From NCBI GenBank assembly GCA_032718475.1, contig JAUCBJ010002582.1, forward strand, positions 1 to 53,750: a DNA stretch of 53,750 bases, read 5' to 3'. The notes under the pieces were generated by a model. The model searched no databases. It saw only the letters and a list, made by a program, of their open reading frames with translations, and was not told where the DNA came from. Numbering within the stretch: position 1 is the first letter of the stretch; each line of letters begins with the position of its first letter. This stretch comes from Nemertoderma westbladi (Eukaryota > Animalia > Xenacoelomorpha). Position numbers and translations under genes: made by a program. This document shows positions 44,717 through 53,750 of this stretch, piece after piece.

Positions 44717-47700
44717 GGAGGAGTTGGGTCACAGACAGGTTAGAGAGGACCACGACAGTAGTGAGGAGTTGGGACACAGACAGGTTAGGGAGGACCAGGT
44801 CAGTAGTGAGGAGTTGGGACCCAGGCAGGATAGGGAGGACCAGGTCAGTAGTGAGGAGTTGGGACACAGAAAGGTTAGGGAGGACCAGTATAATAGTGAG
44901 GAGTTGGGACACAGAAAGGTTAGGGAGGACCAGGACGGTTAAGGAGGAGTTGGGACACAGAAAGGTTAGGGAGGACCAGGTCAGTAGTGAGGAGTTGGGA
45001 CACAGAAAGGTTAGGGAGGACCAGGGCGGGTAGGGAAGAGTTGGGACACAGACAGGTTAGGGAGGACCAGGGCGGGTAGGGAGGAGTTGGGACACAAAAA
45101 GGTTAGGGAGGACCAGGAGAGTAGTGAGGAGTTGGGACACAGAAAGGTTAGGGAGGACCATGGCGGGTAGGGAGGAGTTGGGACACAAAAAGGTTAGGGA
45201 GGACCAGGAGAGTAGTGAGGAGTTGGGACACAGAAAGGTTAGGGAGGACCAGGACGGTTAAGGAGGAGTTGGGACACAGAAAGGTTAGGGAGGACCAGGT
45301 CAGTAGTGAGGAGTTGGGACACAGAAAGGTTAGGGAGGACCAGGGCGGGTAGGGAAGAGTTGGGACACAGACAGGTTAGGGAGGACCAGGGCGGGTAGGG
45401 AGGAGTTGGGACACAGACAGGTTAGGGAGGACCAGGACGGGTAGGGAGGAGTTGGGACACAGAAAGGTTAGGGAGGACCAGGTCAGTAGTGAGGAGTTGG
45501 GACACAGAAAGGTTAGGGAGGACCAGGACAGTAGTACGGAGTTGGGAAACAGAAAGGTTAGGGAGGACCAGGACAGTAGTACGGAGTTGGGACACAGAAA
45601 GGTTAGGGTGGACCAGGACAGTATTGAGGAGTTGGGACACAGACAAGTTAGGGAGGACCAGGGCGGGTAGGGAGGAGTTGGGACACAGACAGGTTAGGGA
45701 GGACCAGGGCGGGTAGGGAGGAGTTGGGACACAGACAGGTCAGGGAGGACCAGGACGGGTAGGGATGAGTTGGGACACAGAAAGGTTAGGGAGGTCCAGG
45801 TCAGTAGTGAGGAGTTGGGACACAGAAAGGTTAGGGAGGACCAGGGCGGGTAGGGAGGAGTTGGGACACAGAAAGGTTAGGAAGGACCAGGACGGGTAGT
45901 GAGGAGTTGGGACACAGAAAGGTTAGGGAGGACCAGGACAGTAGTACGGAGGACCAGGACGGGTAGTGAGGAGTTGGGACACAGCAAGGTTAGGGAGGAC
46001 CAGGACAGTAGTGAGGAGTTGGGACACAGAAAGTTTAGGGTGGACCAGGACAGTAGTGAGGAGTTGGGACACAGAAAGTTTAGGGTGGACCAGGACAGTA
46101 GTGAGGAGTTGGGACACAAAAAGGTTAGGGGGGACCAGGACAGTAGTACAGAGTTGGGACACAGAAAGGTTAGGGAGGACCAGGACAGTAGTACGGAGTT
46201 GGGACACAGAAAGTTTAGGGAGGACCAGGACAGTAGTACGGAGTTAGGACACAGAAAGGTTAGGGAGGACCAGGACAGTAGTACGGAGTTGGGACACAGA
46301 AAGGTTAGGGAGGACCAGGACAGTAGTGAGGAGTTGGGACACAGAAAGGTTAGGGAGGACCAGGACAATAGTGAGGAGTTGGGACAAATAAAGGTTAGGG
46401 AGGACCAGGACAGTAGTACGGAGTTGGGACACAGAAAGGTTAGGGAGGACCAAGACAGTAGTACGGAGTTGGGACACAGAATGGTTAGGGTGGACCAGGA
46501 CAGTAGTGAGGAGTTGGGACACAGAAAGTTTAGGGAGGACCAGGACAGTAGTACGGAGTTGGGACACAGAAAGGTTAGGGAGGACCAGGACAGTAGTATG
46601 GAGTTGGGACACAGAAAGTTTAGGGAGGACCAGGACAGTAGTACGGAGTTGGGACACAGAATGGTTAGGGTGGACCAGGACAGTAGTGAGGGAGTTGGGA
46701 CACAGAAAGGTTGGGGAGGACCAGGACAGTAGTGAGGAGTTGGGACACAGAAAGGTTAGGGAGGACCAGGACAATAGTGAGGAGTTGGGACACATAAAGG
46801 TTAGGGAGGACCAGGACAGTAGTACGGAGTTGGGACACAGAAAGGTTAGGGAGGACCAGGACAGTAGTACGGAGTTAGGACACAGAAAGGTTAGGGAGGA
46901 CCAGGACAGTAGTACGGAGTTGGGACACAGAAAGGTTCGGGAGGACCAGGACAGTAGTGAGGAGTTGGGACACAGAAAGGTTCGGGAGGACCAGGACAGT
47001 AGTACGGAGTTGGGACACAGAAAGGTTCGGGAGGACCAGGACAGTAGTACGGAGTTGGGACACAGAAAGGTTAGGGAGGACCAGGACAGTAGTACGGAGT
47101 TGGGACACAGAAAGGTTAGGGAGGACCAGGACAATAGTGAGGAGTTGGGACAAATAAAGGTTAGGGAGGACCAGGACAGTAGTACGGAGTTGGGACACAG
47201 AAAGGTTAGGGAGGACCAGGACGGGTAGTGAGGAGTTGGGACACAGAAAGGTTAGGGAGGACCAGGACAGTAGTACGGAGTTGGGACACAGAAAGGTTAG
47301 GGAGGACCAGGACGGGTAGTGAGGAGTTGGGACACAGAAAGGTTAGGGAGGACCAGGACAGTAGTACGGAGTTGGGACACAGAAAGTTTAGGGAGGACCA
47401 GGACAGTAGTGAGGAGTTGGGACACAGAAAGGTTAGGGAGGACCAGGACGGGTAGTGAGGAGTTGGGACACAGAAAGGTTAGCGAGGACCAGGACAGTAC
47501 TGAGGAGTTGGGACACAGAAAGGTTAGGGAGGACCAGGACAGTAGTGAGGAGTTGGGACACAGAAAGGTTAGGGAGGACCAGGACAGTAGTACGGAGTTG
47601 GGACACAGAAAGGTTAGGGAGGACCAGGACGGGTAGTGAGGAGTTGGGACACAGAAAGGTTAGCGAGGACCAGGACAGTACTGAGGAGTTGGGACACAGA

Positions 47701-50700
47701 AAGGTTAGGGAGGACCAGGACAGTAGTGAGGAGTTGGGACACAGAAAGGTTAGGGAGGACCAGGACAGTAGTACGGAGTTGGGACACAGAAAGGTTCGGG
47801 AGGACCAGGACAGTAGTACGGAGTTGGGACACAGAAAGGTTAGGGAGGACCAGGACAGTAGTACGGAGTTGGGACACAGAAAGTTTAGGGAGGACCAGGA
47901 CAGTAGTGAGGAGTTGGGACACAGAAAGGTTAGGGAGGACCAGGACAGTAGTGAGGAGTTGGGACACAGAAAGGTTAGGGAGGACCACTAGGATCGGCAT
48001 GCTGCATTGCAGCTGCATTTTTAAGAATGCTGTGCCGGCTTGTCAACAAAATTAGGGAGGACCAGGGCGGGTAGGGAGGAGTTGGGACACAGACAGGTTA
48101 GGGAGGACCAGGACGGGTAGGGAGGAGTTGGGACACAGACAGGTTAGGGAGGACCAGGACAGTAGTGAGGAGTTGTGACACAGAAAGGTTAGGGAGGACC
48201 AGGACAGTAGTGAGGAGTTGTGACACAGAAAGGTTAGGGAGGACCAGGACAGTAGTGAGGAGTTGGGACACAGAAAGGTTAGGGTGGACCAGGACAGTAG
48301 TACGGAGTTGGGACACAGAAAGGTTTTGGGAGGACCAGGACAGTAGTACGGAGTTGGGACACAGAAAGGTTAGGGTGGACCAGGACAAGGGTACGGAGTT
48401 GGGACACAGAAAGGTTAGCGAGGACCAGGACAGTACTGAGGAGTTGGGACACAGAAAGGTTAGGGAGGACCAGGACAGTAGTGAGGAGTTGGGAAACAGA
48501 AAGGTTAGGGAGGACCAGGACAGTAGTACGGAGTTGGGACACAGAATGGTTAGGGTGGACCAGGACAGTAGTGAGGAGTTGGGACACAGAAAGGTTAGGG
48601 AGGACCAGGACAGTAGTGAGGAGTTGGGACACAGAAAGGTTAGGGAGGACCAGGGCGGGTAGGGAGGAGTTGGGACACAGACAGGTTAGGGAGGACCAGG
48701 ACGGGTAGGGAGGAGTTGGGACACAGACAGGTTAGGGAGGACCAGGACAGTAGTGAGGAGTTGTGACACAGAAAGGTTAGGGAGGACCAGGACAGTAGTG
48801 AGGAGTTGTGACACAGAAAGGTTAGGGAGGACCAGGACAGTAGTGAGGAGTTGGGACACAGAAAGGTTAGGGTGGACCAGGACAGTAGTACGGAGTTGGG
48901 ACACAGAAAGGTTTTGGGAGGACCAGGACAGTAGTACGGAGTTGGGACACAGAAAGGTTAGGGTGGACCAGGACAAGGGTACGGAGTTGGGACACAGAAA
49001 GGTTAGCAAGGACCAGGACAGTACTGAGGAGTTGGGACACAGAAAGGTTAGGGAGGACCAGGACAGTAGTGAGGAGTTGGGAAACAGAAAGGTTAGGGAG
49101 GACCAGGACAGTAGTACGGAGTTGGGACACAGAATGGTTAGGGTGGACCAGGACAGTAGTGAGGGAGTTGGGACACAGAAAGGTTGGGGAGGACCAGGAT
49201 AGTAGTGAGGAGTTGGGACACAGAAAGGTTAGGGAGGACCAGGACAATAGTGAGGAGTTGGGACACATAAAGGTTAGGGAGGACCAGGACAGTAGTACGG
49301 AGTTGGGACACAGGAAGGTTAGGGAGGACCAGGACAGTAGTACGGAGTTGGGACACAGAAAGGTTAGGGAGGACCAGGACAGTAGTACGGAGTTGGGACA
49401 CAGAAAGGTTAGGGAGGACCAGGACAGTAGTACGGAGTTGGGACACAGAAAGGTTAGGGAGGACCAGGTCAGTAGTGAGGAGTTGGGACACAGAAAGGTT
49501 AGGGAGGACCAGGGCGGGTAGGGAGGAGTTGGGACACAAAAAGGTTCGTGAGGACCAGGACAGTAGTGAGGAGTTGGGACACAGAAAGGTTAGGGAGGAC
49601 CAGGACAGTAGTACGGAGTTGGGACACAGAAAGGTTAGGGAGGACCAGGACAGTAGTGAGGAGTTGGGACACAGAAAGGTTAGGGTGGACCAGGACAGTA
49701 GTGAGGAGTTGGGACACAGAAGGGAGGACCAGGACAGTAGTGAGGAGTTGGGACACAGAAAGGTTAGGGAGGACCAGGACAGTAGTGAGGAGTTGGGACA
49801 CAGAAAGTTTATGGTGGACCAGGGCAGTAGTGAGGAGTTGGGACACAGAAAGGTTAGGGGGGACCAGGACAGTAGTGAGGAGTTGGGACACAGGAAGTTT
49901 AGGGGGGACCAGGACAGTAGTACGGAGTTGGGACACAGAAAGGTTAGGGAGGACCAGGTCAGTAGTGAGGAGTTGGGACACAGAAAGGTTAGGGAGGACC
50001 AGGGCGGGTAGGGAGGAATTGGGACACAAAAAGGTTCGTGAGGACCAGGACAGTAGTGAGGAGTTGGGACACAGAAAGGTTAGGGAGGACCAGGACAGTA
50101 GTACGGAGTTGGGACACAGAAAGGTTAGGGAGGACCAGGACAGTAGTGAGGAGTTGGGACACAGAAAGGTTAGGGTGGACCAGGACAGTAGTGAGGAGTT
50201 AGGACACAGAAAGGTTAGGGAGGACCAGGACAGTAGTGAGGGGTTGGGACACAGAAAGGTTAGGGAGGACCAGGACAGTAGTGAGGAGTTGGGACACAGA
50301 AAGTTTATGGTGGACCGGGGCAGTAGTGAGGAGTTGGGACACAGAAAGGTTAGGGGGGACCAGGACAGTAGTGAGGATTTGGGACACAGGAAGTTTAGGG
50401 GGGACCAGGACAGTAGTGAGGAGTTGGGACACAGAAAGGTTAGAGAGGACCAGGACAGTAGTGAGGAGTTGGGACACAGACAGGTTAGGGAGGACCAGGA
50501 CAGTAGTGGAGTTGGGACACAGAAAGGTTAGGGTGGACCAGGACAGTAGTGAGGAGTTGGGACACAGAAAGATTAGGGAGGACCAGGACAGTAGTACGGA
50601 GTTGGGACACAGAAAGGTTAGGGGGGACCAGGACAGTAGTATGGAGTTGGGACACAGAAAGATTAGGGAGGACCAGGACAGTAGTGAGGAGTTGGGACAC

Positions 50701-50978
50701 AGAAAAGTTAGGGAGGACCAGGGCAGTAGTGAGGAGTTGGGACACAGAAAGTTTAGGGAGGACCAGGGCAGTAGTGAGGAGTTGGGACACAGAAAGTTTA
50801 GGGAGGACCAGGGCAGTAGTGAGGAGTTGGGACACAGAAAGTTTAGGGAGGACCAGGACAGTAGTAAGGAGTTGGGACACAGAAAAGTTAGGGAGGACCA
50901 GGGCAGTAGTGAGGAGTTGGGACACAGAAAGGTTAGGGAGGACCAGGACAGTAGTGGAGTTGGGACACAGAAAGTTAA
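44717..50978. repeat. 6.3-kb G-rich satellite, 45-bp unit (46-bp variants), ~138 copies; consensus GAGGAGTTGGGACACAGAAAGGTTAGGGAGGACCAGGACAGTAGT
   Basis: Read directly; contains one TTAGGG per unit and internal block duplications (e.g. a 588-bp period between ~48053 and ~49200). It explains all repetitive ORFs in this interval. Confidence 0.98.
47988..48051 (-). mobile_element. 64-bp 3'-terminal stub of the RTE family inserted in the satellite, with a 13-bp TSD
   Basis: CTAGGATCGGCATGCTGCAT...TTTTTAAGAATGCTGTGCCGGCTT.TCAACAAAA matches 22281-22333; TSD TTAGGGAGGACCA at 47975-47987 and 48052-48064. Confidence 0.9.
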
Positions 50979-51236
50979 GCTCTAGGCCTACATCATATTC
51001 TGCAAATATATTTGAGTCTGAAATTTAAAAAACGTTAATGTGGTAGAAAAAATTTCACATGATTTCACATTCACAGAATTGAGGATTGCACCAATAATGT
51101 CTTTAGAAAATATTTAGCGCTCCAAAATAGCTGAAACAACTAAAAAATTCACACTTTTTCCAAAGATTTGATAGTTTGTAGTTGGAGCTTCAGTGGTTCT
51201 ACAATGATATTTTACTCAACAATAAATATAACTTAC

Positions 51237-51341
51237 ATTGTCTGTTTCAACAATTTCTTTTTGTTCCTTGATGTTCTCTCCAACGCACTCCACAGCTAAA
51301 AGAGCTGCCAGAGCTAAAATTAGATATGTTGCCTTTAACAT
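51237..51341 (-). CDS. Signal-peptide-encoding first coding exon, probably of the FReP gene
   Basis: MLKATYLILALAALLAVECVG-ENIKEQKEIVETDN (35 codons) is followed by a perfect GTAAGT donor in phase 0. It is on the same strand and in the same phase as the acceptor at 39910. Confidence 0.75.
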
Positions 51342-51910
51342 TGTATATTTTTCGTAAACGAAAATACAGTCCACTACGAATGAATTGAACGACACGACAC
51401 GCCGCCTTATTACAGTAATTTCTACGAAAATATACGCAATAATATATACATTAGGTAATGGCTGCTGCTGCAGAGTTGATGCAAAGTAGTGCAATGTTAG
51501 TAAATGGACCGGTTTATATTAATAAATAATTGGTCTCTTTTATGTATTAAAGTGCCGAACTGTGGTAGACCAACACACTTCCCTACTAAAAATGTGGCAG
51601 CCGTTACATACAGTAATCTAAGGATAGTGGTTTCCGTAAAGAACAAAGGAGCAAACGATTTATATGAATAAAAATAGTTGAAATACCAACTATATAGATA
51701 GTATACATGTACCAACATTACTGTATGTAACATGTACCAACATTATGTAGCCATGCTGTAGGTCTAACAGCAAAAATATAGGGCAATATATGACTTGCAT
51801 TGCAGCACGGTGTAGTGGTGTTTATATGAAACCGTATAGACGAGTTGAATGATCCAAATTGATGTAAATATATGTATAACGCAAATTTATATTTTATTGA
51901 TAAATTAAAA

Positions 51911-52075
51911 GGCGTAGTGGTTAAATCCATTGCGATTCATTTATATCAATCTAGAGGTCGTGGATTCGAACCCCGCAAGTGGGCCGGCTTACAATTTTAA
52001 TTTAAGGTTCGACGTCTGACGCTTTACCATTCCGCCAGCGGCTCAGATTGAATGTAGACATTGAAATACTACCTG
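51911..52075. other. tRNA-derived repeat fragments (A/B-box-like on +, and a truncated - strand copy related to 11331-11430)
   Basis: GGCGTAGTGGTTAA...GGATTCGAACCCC on +; CTGACGCTTTACCATTCCGCCAGCGGCTCAG...TAGAC...GAAATACTA parallels 11372-11428. Confidence 0.45.
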
Positions 52076-52944
52076 ATACCTTATATGTACGTAATTTACG
52101 TCATTACGTCCACATGTCTTCCCATTGATTAACATTATCAACTTATAATTAGGGTGACTAATTAAACTAAAGTGATTAGTTCACGAGATATTGCACAAAG
52201 GAGCAGTCCAGCTCATCCCAACATTTTAAGCTAAAGCGATATAAGGCACCCTTTACGCGATATCTCGAAACTCAACTATAATCAATTTAGTCCGAATCTG
52301 AAGTTTTCTACACCCACTAAATCGATGAGAAACTTATATGAAAATTCTCAAACATTTTTGTTTTTGGCCCAGTCTAGTTTACATTACCACTAACACACTT
52401 TCCTCGCAATTATACTGTTTATTTATATTGTATTCCAGTAGCGGCGGTTTCTCACTTTTTATATTATTGACTTATGATCTAGCTTGCAGACACGAGTGGG
52501 GCCTTCATACCAAAGAACTACGAGCCATCTCAGCGACCATTATAATTATACTATGGCTAATTATATATTGGCTTCCGACAATTACGGCTCCGAGTATATC
52601 CTATGATTTATACAGTAGTATATAGTATTTATCTATCCTGTTATCGTAATGCTCTGACGACACATCCACACCCACACCCCTTGTGACTTTTGGAAAACGG
52701 CCGTAGTATAATTATAAAAGTTTGCAGATGGCTCGTAGTTCCGACTCTCCCTACAAATATCATAATTGATATTGACACCCCATAACCGCACTGTTTAAAC
52801 ATTAATCTGACGATGTATTGATGGCCATGAATGGCGTTATGTTAGTGTATGGTGACGTCGAAACCATGTTTGGTTGCAAATAACATTGTAATAACAAACG
52901 ATTGTGTACGGTGGAAGGGAGTAAGTGCTTTTTCGAGAGCAAAC

Positions 52945-53265
52945 TTTCTTTTCTCATTTGATATAGCACATCAAATTGCATTTATTTACATTACATTTAT
53001 ACATGTCATAATGTCAAAATGTCATTTTCAAATTGACATGACATTTAGACAATATGTCATAATGTCAAAATTTCATTTTCAAATTATAATTATTATGAAA
53101 TTTAGACATTGTCATAATGTTAAAATGTTAAAATTTCATTTTCAAAGTAACATTATAACATTTAGACATGTCATAATCTAAAAATGTCAATTTGAAGATG
53201 ACATTTTGACTTTTCAAAATGACAATGTCAATTTGATGCCGATATGCTGTATCAAAGGAGAAAAA
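52945..53265. mobile_element. MITE-like element with imperfect TIRs and internal TGTCATAATGTCAAAA repeats
   Basis: TTTTCTCATTTGATATAGCA.ATCAAATTG is mirrored by CAATTTGAT...TGCTGTATCAAAGGAGAAAA. Confidence 0.55.
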
Positions 53266-53590
53266 TATGTTTGATCTCGGAACAATTACACTGGCCTCTT
53301 TGGACCACCGTAATTGTAGCTAAAGAATGTAAACAAATATTCAGTAGGCCTATAACTCTGACTCAACTAGGAAATAGGAGGAAGTGAGGCCAAACTACCT
53401 CCGTTTCAAAATTTATGCAATCTCAGTGCGATTTTGCTCCTTTCCCTTAATTGATCATTTGAAATTGAGACGAGATGGGATTTGCGTCCTGCCTTACCAC
53501 CCCCCCCCCCCCCCCCCCCTTCTACAATTTTGAGGGCGAAAGCCAGAGTATTACGTTTTTGGATATAAACCAAAAGTGTAATACACATTC

Positions 53591-53750
53591 ATTCCATAGT
53601 GTATTCTGTGTATTCCATAGTGTATTCTGTGTATTCCATAGTGTATTCTGTGTATTCCATAGTGTATTCTGTGTATTCCATAGTGTATTCTGTGTATTCC
53701 ATAGTGTATTCTGTGTATTCCATAGTGTATTCTGTGTATTCCATAGTGTA
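53591..53750. repeat. 21-bp tandem repeat (ATTCCATAGTGTATTCTGTGT), running off the window end
   Basis: Read directly; >7 perfect copies. Confidence 0.95.

Noticed and set aside
44717-50978. Telomere or interstitial telomeric tract
   Set aside because: TTAGGG occurs singly within a 45-bp unit, never as (TTAGGG)n.
44688-51028. Dozens of repetitive ORFs (EELGHRKVREDQDSS, RSWDTERLGRTRTVV etc.)
   Set aside because: Translations of the 45-bp satellite; frames are broken at random by 46-bp and 44-bp variants.

Overview
AT-rich, repeat-dense eukaryotic (animal, probably invertebrate) genomic DNA; nothing prokaryotic and no CRISPR. The window has two host-gene components, both on the minus strand. 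(1) A tandem cluster of four intronless Rab35-like small GTPase genes (3745-4353, 10161-10772, 25688-26299, 27581-28186) plus a 3' remnant of a fifth (~33525-33573). All four ORFs are intact and their C-terminal halves are nearly identical, but their switch I/interswitch/G3/switch II regions have diverged strongly. One carries a natural Q->L substitution at the catalytic glutamine (DTAGL), two have lost the DxxG aspartate, and all end in CaaX boxes (CTVL or CTVS) instead of the CC of Rab35. This hyper-diversifying Rab array is the best candidate for an undescribed system. (2) A secreted fibrinogen-related protein with a ~500-aa heptad-repeat coiled-coil stalk: a signal-peptide exon at 51237-51341 is phase-compatible with a large terminal exon at 37652-39910. 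The rest is transposon debris: CRE-clade (RLE), RTE and RTE-X-like non-LTR fragments with clean nested target-site duplications (TSDs); hAT and foldback MITEs; Helentron/HINE-like elements; and a 2.2-kb TSD-flanked insertion whose inverted ends carry a hammerhead-ribozyme core. Two large tandem arrays (27-bp and 45-bp units) each start inside a transposon ORF. All identifications come from motif recognition by eye, without database searches. TE boundaries without TSDs are approximate.
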